Below, piece after piece: positions 46,598-56,147 of a stretch of DNA of 64,000 nucleotides. Position 1 is the stretch's first letter, and each line of letters begins with the position of its first letter. The notes under the pieces are model-generated. The model was not told the origin of the DNA. It did not search any database and saw nothing but the letters and a program-made list of their open reading frames with translations. Both the position numbers and the translations under genes were made by a program. The stretch comes from Candidatus Poseidoniales archaeon (GTDB lineage Archaea; Thermoplasmatota; Poseidoniia; Poseidoniales; Poseidoniaceae), in assembly GCA_038105035.1 (NCBI GenBank), contig JAYOBT010000001.1, positions 45,385 to 109,384 on the forward strand. The letters are read 5' to 3'.

Positions 46598-47539
46598 TCA
46601 GTTGTAACCCAAAATATCAACCAACTGTGACTTGTAGAAGTTTCCAGAGGTTTGGAGTGAATTGAGTTCAGCATCCGTCAATTCCAACTCGAAGATATTC
46701 TCTACACCGTTGGAGCCTAGAATACAGGGTACACCAATGTAGACATCATCCAAGCCATACTGACCCGTCATAAGACATGAGGCGGGTAGGAGACGGCGCC
46801 GATTGTTCAGAACAGATTCTGCCATGACGGCAGCCGCAGACCCAGGCGCGTAAAACGCAGAGCCCCGTTCGAGCAACTTGACGATCTCTCCACCACCGCC
46901 TGCAGTTCTTGCTGAAATGGCATCAATTCTCTCTTGAGACATGAGTTGAGTGATGGGAATACCTCCAACAGTTGTGTATCTTGGAAGAGGTACCATGGTA
47001 TCGCCATGGCCGCCAAGAACCATTGGACTTACATCTTCCTCGGCACAATTGAGTTCTAGAGCGATGAAATGAGCCATACGTGCGCTATCGAGAACACCTG
47101 CTTGACCAATAACTCTGTTGGCAGGGAAACCAGTGACCTTTTGCATGTGATAAGTCATCAAATCAAGAGGATTGGTTACGACAATTACAACCGATTCTGG
47201 TGCATGGTCACGAATACCTGCGCCAACCTGTGCGACAATTTCAGCGTTCTTTCCGATGAGATCTTCTCGTGTCATGCCTGGCTGGCGTGGGAAACCACTC
47301 GTGACTACAACAACATCTGCACCAGCAATGTCCTCGTAACTGGATGTTCCTGTGATGGTTCCGTTGTAGTTCAAAACATTTGCATTTTGGCTCATGTCAA
47401 GTGCTTTGCCTTTGGCAAATCCTTCGTAAATGTCCAGCAAAACAACATCCGCAATTTTCATGTTTGCGAGCACAAATGCACATGTTGCACCAACGTTGCC
47501 TGCACCAATAACCGCAATTTTTCGACTCCCTCTTGACAT
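46598..47539 (-). CDS. mdh: Malate dehydrogenase (LDH-like family)
   Basis: KIAVIGAGNVGATCAF, VVTSGFPRQPGMTREDL, VTNPLD and GGHGDTMVP. GGAGAT lies upstream of the chosen ATG, and a longer alternative start is at 47563. Confidence 0.93.
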   Translation of the reverse strand: MSRGSRKIAVIGAGNVGATCAFVLANMKIADVVLLDIYEGFAKGKALDMSQNANVLNYNGTITGTSSYEDIAGADVVVVTSGFPRQPGMTREDLIGKNAEIVAQVGAGIRDHAPESVVIVVTNPLDLMTYHMQKVTGFPANRVIGQAGVLDSARMAHFIALELNCAEEDVSPMVLGGHGDTMVPLPRYTTVGGIPITQLMSQERIDAISARTAGGGGEIVKLLERGSAFYAPGSAAAVMAESVLNNRRRLLPASCLMTGQYGLDDVYIGVPCILGSNGVENIFELELTDAELNSLQTSGNFYKSQLVDILGYN

Positions 47540-47668
47540 GGTATCTCCCCAGATGTTTGTCATAGTCGGATGCTTTTAATCAAGATGGTATGCGTCTGTC
47601 CAAATCGATGGGGTCAAAGGGTGGTATTGAAGAACCCCCTAAGGTTGGGAAAAAACAAGGGTGGTATC

Positions 47669-48832
47669 ATGAAGTTGGGTGTGCTCAAAGAACCAGAAGG
47701 AGAGACACGTGTTGCAATCGTTCCTACGAGTCTCAAGAAGCTCCAAAAAGCAGGATTTGAGGTTGTCATCGAGGCAGGGGCAGGAACTGCAGCAAATTAT
47801 CACGATACTGACTATGAAGCTGCAGGTGCCACGGTTGGTTCACGCAGTGATGCCCTCGCCTGTGAGACTATCATTACCATCCGTTTTCCTGGCGTTGAAG
47901 GAATGAAAGAAGGTACCAACCTCGCCTGTGTTTCAGATCCATTCCGTAATCCACAATACGTCAAGGACTGTCTTGCCTCAAACATTACGCTTCTCTCCAT
48001 GGACATGATTCCCCGACGTTTGAGTCGGGCCCAATCAATGGACGTCAATTCGAGCCAAGACAACCTTGCTGGATACAAGGCTGTATTGCTCGGTGCAGCC
48101 CACGTTCCCAAGGGGATACCAATGATGACAACCTCAGCAGGAACAGTACGTCCAGCAAAAGTTGTGATTATGGGTTCAGGGGTTGCTGGTCTGCAGGCGA
48201 TTGCTACCGCAAAGCGACTAGGCGCTGTTGTCTATGCATCGGATGTACGCAAATCCGCAGCAGAGCAAATTGAATCTGTTGGTGGACGTTTCATTGAAGT
48301 CGATGGTATGGATGACTTCGAGGACGAAGCGGGTTATGCAAAACCACTCACCCCAGAATTTATCCAAAAAGTCAACGATACCGTATGCGGCGTAGCATCA
48401 GATGCTGACATCATTGTCACCACTGCTCGAATCTTCGGAAGGCCGGCACCGATCACCGTTCCATCGAGTGCTGTGAAGGAATTCAAATCCGGGGCTGTTG
48501 TTGTCGATATGAACGCAGATGTTGGAGGTAACTGTGAAAACACAGTGGCAGGCGAAGTCGTTACAACCGAAAACGGAGTCATCGTTGTAGGGACGTCGAA
48601 TCTTCCTGGAACCATTGCAACGACTGCGAGCATGTTGTATTCAAACAACTTGACGACGTTCATCACCTCTCTTGTAGACGAAGGATCAATCGTCATCTCA
48701 GAAGATGACGACATTTTGGTCGGCGCACCAGAAGGAAGCGATTTTTATGTCAACGGAATGGGTGGCGTTCTCATATGCCAGAACGGTGAAATGCATCCAA
48801 AACAAACTCGATTGGGAGGTGCCCTAGAATGA
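47669..48832 (+). CDS. pntAA: NAD(P) transhydrogenase subunit alpha, part 1
   Basis: MKLGVLKEPEGETRVAIVP and the Rossmann motif IMGSGVAGLQAIATAKRLGA. Confidence 0.9.
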   Translation: MKLGVLKEPEGETRVAIVPTSLKKLQKAGFEVVIEAGAGTAANYHDTDYEAAGATVGSRSDALACETIITIRFPGVEGMKEGTNLACVSDPFRNPQYVKDCLASNITLLSMDMIPRRLSRAQSMDVNSSQDNLAGYKAVLLGAAHVPKGIPMMTTSAGTVRPAKVVIMGSGVAGLQAIATAKRLGAVVYASDVRKSAAEQIESVGGRFIEVDGMDDFEDEAGYAKPLTPEFIQKVNDTVCGVASDADIIVTTARIFGRPAPITVPSSAVKEFKSGAVVVDMNADVGGNCENTVAGEVVTTENGVIVVGTSNLPGTIATTASMLYSNNLTTFITSLVDEGSIVISEDDDILVGAPEGSDFYVNGMGGVLICQNGEMHPKQTRLGGALE

Positions 48833-49140
48833 CGCCAGAATTTTTGATTGGAAACATAACACTGTTTGTACTTGCTATCTTCCTTGGATTTGAACTCATC
48901 ACAAAGGTCCCTGCAACACTTCACACCCCATTGATGAGTGGAGCAAACGCCATCTCTGGAATTTCGATTATCGGAGCCTTGATTGGTGCAAATGTTGTCT
49001 ATGATGGCGGTGCTACTGCCGTTTCAGGGATACTTGCATTTGTCGCCGTTGTTCTCGCAATGATCAACGTTGTTGGAGGGTTTGCTGTTACGAATCGGAT
49101 GCTCAACATGATTGCTGGTAAGAAACGAGGAGGTGCCTGA
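48829..49140 (+). CDS. pntAB: NAD(P) transhydrogenase subunit alpha, part 2 (membrane)
   Basis: A ~100-aa protein with 3 TM helices, HTPLMSGANAISGI, and GGGAGGTG as SD. It lies between pntAA and pntB. Confidence 0.85.
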   Translation: MTPEFLIGNITLFVLAIFLGFELITKVPATLHTPLMSGANAISGISIIGALIGANVVYDGGATAVSGILAFVAVVLAMINVVGGFAVTNRMLNMIAGKKRGGA

Positions 49141-49141
49141 G

Positions 49142-50563
49142 ATGGAAGATTGGATTTCCCTCGGTTACCTCTTATCAGCGGCCTTGTTCATCTTCGGTTT
49201 GAAGAAACTTGGACATCCTCGAACGGCTCCATTCGGGAACCAACTCGGTGCTCTCGGAATGCTCGTCGCAGTTGTAACGACCATTCTTCAAATGGGGCTT
49301 GGAGATGGGATTGAATGGGTCCTCATTGGATCGGGACTGGTCATTGGTTCTTTGATTGGACTATGGATGGCTATCCGAGTCGAAATGACAGGTATGCCAG
49401 AACTTGTTGCTCTCTTCAATGGTTTCGGTGGGGCTGCATCTGCACTGGTTGCCCTCTCTGAGGTCTGGCGATACATCGAGGATCCTTCCAACGTATCAAG
49501 CGATCAACTTGAGATAACGGTCATCATGGTCGCAGCTGGCTTGTCTGCACTCGTTGGATGGATGACTCTCACCGGTTCCCTTCTTGCCATGTTCAAACTC
49601 AAAGGAGGTGTGAGCATCTTCGGAAAGTGGATAAAAACACCAACATGGGGTCCAGTATGGCTCAATCCAATCAAGGTACTGATGGTCGTTGGAGTTGCTG
49701 TCCTGATCTACCTCAGCATTGATGCACCAACCGATGAGAACTATCTATGGGGCATCATAGGGATATCTTCGCTGCTTGGCATTGCCTTGGTCCTACCAAT
49801 TGGTGGTGCCGATATGCCTGTCGTCGTGTCCCTTCTCAATTCCCTATCTGGAATTGCAGCAGCCTTTACCGGTTTCATCATTGGAAACTCTGTTCTTATC
49901 GTAGCCGGTTCATTGGTCGGTGCATCGGGACTCATTCTCACGTTCATCATGTGCAAGGCTATGAATCGCACCCTACCTGATGTACTGTTCAAGTCCTTTG
50001 GAGGTAGTGGTGAGAAGGAGTCTCTGACACGTACAAAGGTCGGTTCTGATCCAGATGAAGTCGCAATGATGCTTGACGGAGCACAGAAAGTCATCATTGT
50101 CCCAGGCTACGGAATGGCCGTATCCCAATGCCAACACCAAGTCAAGGAATTTGCTGATCTCATCGCAGAGAAGTATGATACTGAAGTTAAGTACGCAATT
50201 CATCCAGTAGCTGGCCGAATGCCCGGTCACATGAACGTTCTTTTGGCAGAAGCAAATGTACCGTACGAACAACTCATTGAAATGGATGAAATCAATCCAG
50301 AATTCCCAGATTGCGATGTAGCTCTTATCATCGGTGCAAACGATACGACCAACCCAGCTGCACGCAGCGGTGAAGGTCCTCTTGCAGGAATGCCAATCAT
50401 AGACGCCGATGCCGCTCGAACTGTCGTCATCATCAAGAGGTCCCTCTCAGTAGGATACGCTGGTGTCGATAACGACCTCTTCTACATGGACAAAACCATG
50501 ATGCTCTTCGGAGATGGAAAAGCCATGATGACTGGACTCAACAACGCCGTCAAAGAGTCTTGA
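49142..50563 (+). CDS. pntB: NAD(P) transhydrogenase subunit beta
   Basis: Multi-TM N-terminus, PGYGMAVSQCQH, HPVAGRMPGHMNVLLAEA and IGANDTTNP. AGGAGGTG is the SD upstream. Confidence 0.92.
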   Translation: MEDWISLGYLLSAALFIFGLKKLGHPRTAPFGNQLGALGMLVAVVTTILQMGLGDGIEWVLIGSGLVIGSLIGLWMAIRVEMTGMPELVALFNGFGGAASALVALSEVWRYIEDPSNVSSDQLEITVIMVAAGLSALVGWMTLTGSLLAMFKLKGGVSIFGKWIKTPTWGPVWLNPIKVLMVVGVAVLIYLSIDAPTDENYLWGIIGISSLLGIALVLPIGGADMPVVVSLLNSLSGIAAAFTGFIIGNSVLIVAGSLVGASGLILTFIMCKAMNRTLPDVLFKSFGGSGEKESLTRTKVGSDPDEVAMMLDGAQKVIIVPGYGMAVSQCQHQVKEFADLIAEKYDTEVKYAIHPVAGRMPGHMNVLLAEANVPYEQLIEMDEINPEFPDCDVALIIGANDTTNPAARSGEGPLAGMPIIDADAARTVVIIKRSLSVGYAGVDNDLFYMDKTMMLFGDGKAMMTGLNNAVKES

Positions 50564-50625
50564 TTTCGTGGACTTGAAGGAACGTTGAAAGGATGAATTG
50601 AAGTGGCCAAAATGGAGGGGAAATA

Positions 50626-51591
50626 ATGAAGTCAAGGACGCTTCTCATTTTGTTGCTATCAATCTGTCTTCTCGCGCCAGTTGTTGCCAACCCGAACGGG
50701 CCGCCATGGATCAACCCAATCAATGGTGGACTTACCGTAGAAACAGGGTGTACGTGTCACGGTGATGGCGTTCCTTCCAACGACGTTGTCGTTTCAATTT
50801 CAGGTGTTCCACGCGCCTACGCAGTGGGTGAATCCTACGAGTTCACCATCAACTTGCAGCACGCATCCTACGAAAACGGTGGTTTCCTACTCAGTGATTA
50901 CGGCTCTGGAACATTCACCGCAGGGGAAGGGACACAAATCGTTACCGATACTGATGGTTCTGAACCCGGTGCAGTCTCTCAAACAGAACCGAGCAACGAT
51001 TGGGTCGTTACTTGGACTGCACCTGCTACAGATGTAGGAGATGTCTCCTTCTCACTTGCCGGAAACGCAGTGGATGGAATGAATGGTGCAAATGAGGGTG
51101 ACAATTGGAACCTCTTGTCCTTCTTTATCTCCTCACCTGATACGATGACGAACGATGATGAAGAAAATCTTGCCCTACGTACAATCAGCGTTGGAGACTT
51201 CGAATCTCTCTTTGTTGCAGTAGAGGATCCAGAAGCGCTCGAAGCAGAGCGACAAGCAGGGATTGCGGATGATTTCTTCACCAATGGTAACCTCTTCTAC
51301 TGGACAACATTGTCGATTATTTTGGTCGGAGCAGTTGTTCAAGGTGAGTTCTACGAGCGTCGATTTGGCGGTGGGCCAAAGCATTTGGACATGCGACTGG
51401 CAGTACCTCAGGGAATTCGACGTGGTCTACTCACACTTGCTGTTCTGCTGGCCTTTGGATGGGCAGTTGATGACGGTCAACCATGGGGCTACGCCTTGGT
51501 CCTCGGCATGCTTACTCTATGGGGCATGTTCGGTGTTTATCGAACCATTGTGCAAGCACGGGCAGACCCTGAACACCACGATTTGGTCTGA
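50626..51591 (+). CDS. Secreted protein with a reeler-like beta-sandwich domain and two C-terminal TM helices (tentative)
   Basis: Signal peptide, GCTCHG near the mature N-terminus, then ...YEFTINL...GGFLLSDYG...AVSQTEPS...WVVTWTAPATDVGDVSFSLAGNAV. This resembles the reeler-domain pattern as I recall it. GGAGGGG is the SD. Confidence 0.55.
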   Translation: MKSRTLLILLLSICLLAPVVANPNGPPWINPINGGLTVETGCTCHGDGVPSNDVVVSISGVPRAYAVGESYEFTINLQHASYENGGFLLSDYGSGTFTAGEGTQIVTDTDGSEPGAVSQTEPSNDWVVTWTAPATDVGDVSFSLAGNAVDGMNGANEGDNWNLLSFFISSPDTMTNDDEENLALRTISVGDFESLFVAVEDPEALEAERQAGIADDFFTNGNLFYWTTLSIILVGAVVQGEFYERRFGGGPKHLDMRLAVPQGIRRGLLTLAVLLAFGWAVDDGQPWGYALVLGMLTLWGMFGVYRTIVQARADPEHHDLV

Positions 51592-51600
51592 GGGACTCAC

Positions 51601-52899
51601 TTGTCTACCACCAATGGCCTTCAACTAGAAGGCGACAATGCGCTACCTGTACAAGTCCATTTCGACACGCTTACACAAAGGGCAACACTTGGGTTTGTCC
51701 TGATAGCGATTCTAACGCTGGGAATCATGACCACGATTGACGAAATCTTGGAAATCATTCTCGCACATCTCAACCCGTGTAAAAACTCGGACTGTTTGAC
51801 ACTCTACGAACCTGCATCATGGAGTGTTGTGCGTTGGTTGAGTGCGGTGTTCATTGCCATTTTGTGTGTACTTCCATTCGGATTGATGTCGATGTATCAA
51901 TTTGCCAGACCTGGTTTGACTCAGGATGAACAATTCATGCTCAAGCGTTGGATGATTTCTTCCATCACACTTGGCTATTTCACACTCATAGCCCTGTTTT
52001 ATGTCCTCATTCCAAAGTTGTACAATGTTGGAGATTCAATCCATGCAGAGATGGGATTATCTGCACAATACGACGCTGTGTCCTTGTTTGTTCTCGCATT
52101 ATCGATCTTTTGGGGGCTCCTCATTACATACATCATAGCCTTTGCAACAACAACTGCTGGCGCCCTCGGGCTCATAACAGAGAACAATCAAGATTGGTGG
52201 AGAATACGTCTTCTCGGCATTGGGGGGATCGTTCTTTTTCTATCCCTTCCTGGACGTTGGAATGGCATCAACATCATATTACTCAGTATGATGATTGTAT
52301 TCCTCGAATATTCAATCAGAAGAAGCGTGCGTGTTGCAATGGAAATCTACAATCCTTCTGCGATTTTTGACCATGAAGGACGAAGACGCTACGTAACCTA
52401 CGTTGATTGTTCATGCCAAGGTGTAGCTTATCCAATGGACACATCTCCTGATTATACTGGTCTTCTCAAATATGAATCGCTTTGTGACAACATCGAAGAA
52501 CGAGACCATCTGATCGCAATGGTTTCCAAACATCGACTTACCGACGTTGTCATTGGTGGATGCAATAGTACACCCCTGCCAGAATCGTTCCAGAAGACAA
52601 TAACGTCCACACGTTGCACATTACGTGGACTCAATCTTCTTGGATTGCAAGGGTCGTTGCCGCACGATCATGCTCAGTTGAAATCGGAAGTGCACATACA
52701 CATGCAAAACCTCGTTGATCCATGGTCATCTCAGCAACGCATCGAGGCATGTTCGAATCTGCTTGAGAATCGGATGGAACATCGTCTCAAATTTGTGCGG
52801 ACAAAACACTGGCCTGAATCAGAACCAGGAGCCTTGAGAATATCAGCAGAAGGATGGTCGAAAGATGATATGGCTGCAGTTCAGGCGAATCATGCATAA
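51601..52899 (+). CDS. Divergent TatC-like membrane protein fused to an unknown ~180-aa Cys-rich C-terminal domain
   Basis: The TTG start is preceded by GAGGGA. Six TM helices show TatC-like landmarks (HFDTLTQR..., YEPASWSVVRWLS..., MYQFARPGLTQDEQ..., SSITLGYFTLIALFYVLIP). The C-terminal part is soluble and unassigned. Confidence 0.55.
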   Translation: MSTTNGLQLEGDNALPVQVHFDTLTQRATLGFVLIAILTLGIMTTIDEILEIILAHLNPCKNSDCLTLYEPASWSVVRWLSAVFIAILCVLPFGLMSMYQFARPGLTQDEQFMLKRWMISSITLGYFTLIALFYVLIPKLYNVGDSIHAEMGLSAQYDAVSLFVLALSIFWGLLITYIIAFATTTAGALGLITENNQDWWRIRLLGIGGIVLFLSLPGRWNGINIILLSMMIVFLEYSIRRSVRVAMEIYNPSAIFDHEGRRRYVTYVDCSCQGVAYPMDTSPDYTGLLKYESLCDNIEERDHLIAMVSKHRLTDVVIGGCNSTPLPESFQKTITSTRCTLRGLNLLGLQGSLPHDHAQLKSEVHIHMQNLVDPWSSQQRIEACSNLLENRMEHRLKFVRTKHWPESEPGALRISAEGWSKDDMAAVQANHA

Positions 52900-52949
52900 T
52901 TAGAGCATCAAACCCAACAATTCAAACGAACCACTGTACTCAGTTGAAC

Positions 52950-55016
52950 ATGGGCAAAACGGGTCAAGCCATAGGTATGGTCCTATGCATGGCCCTTGCC
53001 ATAGCCTCCCAACTCTACTCGACTGATATCAATGACTTCTTCAAAATCGATGCTTCAAATCCGGTTGACACATCAGCCCCGTTAGTAGGCCTACAAGCAA
53101 ATGAGACGTGGTTTGTTGTCCTCGTGGATTTTGAATCGAATCCACTCAACGACAATGCGATGTCAGAAATCGAATCTGAACTCGCAGAATTTTCTGGAGA
53201 ATATTTTACCCAAGCTGTTGGGAACGAGGTCATCGTAAACATCACTGTCCACGGCGAAATCGTACGAGCTCCAAAGTCGCTCTCTGCTTACGGAAGCGAC
53301 GGACAATACGGTCGAGATTATGGAGACGGGAAAGAGTTCTTGCCAGCTACGTTAGCAAAGCATGTTGTAGAAACTCTAGATGAACCAACACTCTCGGACT
53401 ATGATATCAATGAGGATGGAGTCGTCGACCGATTTCTTATCCTCCATTCAACGCTTGCACAAGAGCAAGGTTCAGGTTCCTCCAATCGCATTTGGTCCCA
53501 TTTCACCTCATTTTCAGAACCAATTCTTAGCGGTGATCTCGCTTTTGAACATTACACAATGTCATCCATGCGACATGGAATCAATGGGTTCGGTACGATA
53601 CTGCATGAAATGATGCATCAATTTGGAGCATACGACCTTTATCCTGTCCATGATTCAGGATATTCTGGGTCTTGGAAAGGAATCGGTGTATGGGATATCA
53701 TGGCTAGTGGAAATTGGAATGGAGGTGGAGATACTCCATCCTTACCAACAGGGCCCACAATGGCAGCAATCGGCCACGGAGCAACTCGTGAAATCACTCT
53801 CGATTGGCCTTCCGGTTCACCAAGTCCTTGCATAGGCCCAGTCATTGCATTGGATGAACGAACGAATGGGGGGGACAGAATTCGAATTCAGGTTTCAAGC
53901 GACGAATTCATTTGGATTGAGAAACGCATTCAACAAGGATACGACGCATCGTTGCCAGGCGAAGGGGTCCTCGTTCTTTACGAAGACTTTGCAGCCGGAG
54001 ATTCATCACACAATGCGATGAACACCGATCAACGTCGACCATACCTCAAAACCATTGAAGCAGATGGAAACCAAGAACAGTTACAAGGCGTCAATGATGG
54101 TGTTGGTAGTGATTTGTTTCAACCCGGTGAGGAGTTTGGTGAACGAGGGATTCTCATTCGAGACCATGATGGAATTCTTGTTCCTTGGCATGTGAGAATA
54201 GTTGAGGAACAAGGGCAATGGGAACTTGAATTCCATTCTTTGAATTGTTCACCATCAACACGCATCAATTTCGATGATTTTGGAACAACACTCCTACAAG
54301 AGAATCAACTTGTTTTCGAACAAACTCAGAGTGAAACAATTGAATCCTGCTGGGGCACACTCGAGGGTAGCGACGGCCGTCAAGTTGTTTTCACAAATGA
54401 ATCTGTAATTGGTTCGAAGCATTATGGAACCTTCTCAGAGGTAGGGATGGTCGATTCCAAAGCCACTTTTTCCGGAATAATCTCATGTGGAGAAGATTCC
54501 TTCGATGTACGAACATCCATTACAACAATTGGCTCGATTCCAATACCATCGAATATGCGTTTAGAGGAGACGATTCGTGTTGCCGAAACCAGTACACTAC
54601 GCATACCGTACACTGGTACCGGGACTGGTTCCACTGAGTTTACAATTGAAATTGACGGACCATTATCACGAATTGCAACAACAGAACCATCTATTGAGAT
54701 TGAGGACGGCAACGGGACCATTGTTTTGAACATCGATCCACAGGGACTCCTACAAGACAACATGTATGTGATGGGAAGTATTCATCTTCAATCGTTCAAC
54801 GGTGAATCATGGGTAGTCGATGTGGAGCTCAAAGCAACCGACAACGATGAGATCCCACTCGTCGGAGATCAATCATTTGTGCTCACCCTCTTTTTCCTAA
54901 TTTTCTCTGTTTGGTTTGCAACCTCGCTGTTTGCTCGGGATTCTACAAAAAAAGAGGAACCAACAAACACCCCAAATCAAGAGGCTGAGGAATTCTTACC
55001 AGGAAACCATCTTTGA
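52950..55016 (+). CDS. M6-family (immune-inhibitor-A-like) zinc metalloprotease with a C-terminal TM anchor
   Basis: Signal/anchor N-terminus, DRFLILHS, the zinc motif ILHEMMHQFGAYDLY, beta-rich C-terminal domains, and a terminal TM helix. Confidence 0.8.
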   Translation: MGKTGQAIGMVLCMALAIASQLYSTDINDFFKIDASNPVDTSAPLVGLQANETWFVVLVDFESNPLNDNAMSEIESELAEFSGEYFTQAVGNEVIVNITVHGEIVRAPKSLSAYGSDGQYGRDYGDGKEFLPATLAKHVVETLDEPTLSDYDINEDGVVDRFLILHSTLAQEQGSGSSNRIWSHFTSFSEPILSGDLAFEHYTMSSMRHGINGFGTILHEMMHQFGAYDLYPVHDSGYSGSWKGIGVWDIMASGNWNGGGDTPSLPTGPTMAAIGHGATREITLDWPSGSPSPCIGPVIALDERTNGGDRIRIQVSSDEFIWIEKRIQQGYDASLPGEGVLVLYEDFAAGDSSHNAMNTDQRRPYLKTIEADGNQEQLQGVNDGVGSDLFQPGEEFGERGILIRDHDGILVPWHVRIVEEQGQWELEFHSLNCSPSTRINFDDFGTTLLQENQLVFEQTQSETIESCWGTLEGSDGRQVVFTNESVIGSKHYGTFSEVGMVDSKATFSGIISCGEDSFDVRTSITTIGSIPIPSNMRLEETIRVAETSTLRIPYTGTGTGSTEFTIEIDGPLSRIATTEPSIEIEDGNGTIVLNIDPQGLLQDNMYVMGSIHLQSFNGESWVVDVELKATDNDEIPLVGDQSFVLTLFFLIFSVWFATSLFARDSTKKEEPTNTPNQEAEEFLPGNHL

Positions 55017-56110
55017 ATTCTCAAGTAATTCCATGTATCATTCTCTTGGATTGCACACACCCATTGCTTATGGACGCCTTCAGCGAGGCGAACACTCAGA
55101 CAAACACCTTCCCACGTCGTTGCAGCCTCTTGGAACGGTTGAATCAACCAAGGTGCATGCGACTCGTTGAGATCACCATCGTAAACTCTCCATCGACAGC
55201 CATACTTGAATCCAGGACGAAGCATCAAGCCACGATTTAACAAATCCTTCATCAGAATAGAATCATTCGAAGGTTGACGATGTTGTACAATGATCTCTTC
55301 AATAAATGAATCCTCTTCTTGACGTAAAACTCGTCCCGACATGTGATCGATACCAATCTGTTGCCAGTTCCATGGTGAATGAAGGCCAACATAACTACCT
55401 GATTCCGTAAGGATTCGATTTTCCCATTGAGTTAGGAAATTACTCTTATCTTTTTGATTCAAACCATCCCAAGCGGTCAAACCACCTTGTGGGTCGATCA
55501 AATCGATTTTGTACATGGTAACATCCAATTCATCATCGATGACAAACAACTCTGAATCGATGTTCAGGTCTTTAGAACGACGACACCATTCAAGCAGATT
55601 TTTCCAATCAAGAACATCGTGCGTTGTCGCTATGGATACAGAAGACTGGTAGCCGTCCTTCAGATGGTTTCGGTCGCGATGCCAGCGTACAGCCCATGAG
55701 AGATGCTGTTCTTGAGGCCGGTGAACCGTTGGAACAATCATTTCACCACCATTGCGGCCAACATCCAAAATGATGGCTTCATAGATGAGGCGTGGGTTCG
55801 TTTCCAATTCAGATTCGAGCCATGATGCGGTAGGCAACGGTACGTGGCGATGCCAGTGACAAAACAAGACCTCCGATGCAGTTAGGGCTATTGACCCGTC
55901 TTCGAGGCGTTTTCCCAGAGCACTTTTTTCAAACAATCGTGTTGAAAGTGGAGGCTCAATCTTCCACAAGTCCCCAAGCGCTGTTGGAGGTTGGATTTTT
56001 TGCGACCCAGTTGAACCTACGTTCTCAAGATCTAATTCACGCGTCGTTCTCGCTCTGGGCTTGAACTTACGACGCTGTCGGACCATGAATCCCCCTCTCG
56101 TTTCCCACAT
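54977..56110 (-). CDS. endA: tRNA-splicing endonuclease, duplicated (alpha'2-like) form with a basic N-terminal extension
   Basis: C-terminal catalytic unit RPGFKYGCRWRVY...ESHAPWLI...GVHKQWV (Y/H/K) and a degenerate N-terminal repeat. The start is uncertain (56110, 56086 or 56257). Confidence 0.8.
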   Translation of the reverse strand: MWETRGGFMVRQRRKFKPRARTTRELDLENVGSTGSQKIQPPTALGDLWKIEPPLSTRLFEKSALGKRLEDGSIALTASEVLFCHWHRHVPLPTASWLESELETNPRLIYEAIILDVGRNGGEMIVPTVHRPQEQHLSWAVRWHRDRNHLKDGYQSSVSIATTHDVLDWKNLLEWCRRSKDLNIDSELFVIDDELDVTMYKIDLIDPQGGLTAWDGLNQKDKSNFLTQWENRILTESGSYVGLHSPWNWQQIGIDHMSGRVLRQEEDSFIEEIIVQHRQPSNDSILMKDLLNRGLMLRPGFKYGCRWRVYDGDLNESHAPWLIQPFQEAATTWEGVCLSVRLAEGVHKQWVCAIQENDTWNYLRIQRWFPGKNSSAS

Positions 56111-56147
56111 ATTGTTGCGTCGATGACCGATTGTCCTAAGGACTACC

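Noticed and set aside
50740-50760. GCTCHG in the reeler-like protein as a possible c-type haem-binding site for the nearby CcmE-like gene
   Set aside because: The spacing is CxCH, not CxxCH or any accepted variant, so it is not evidence for a cytochrome c.
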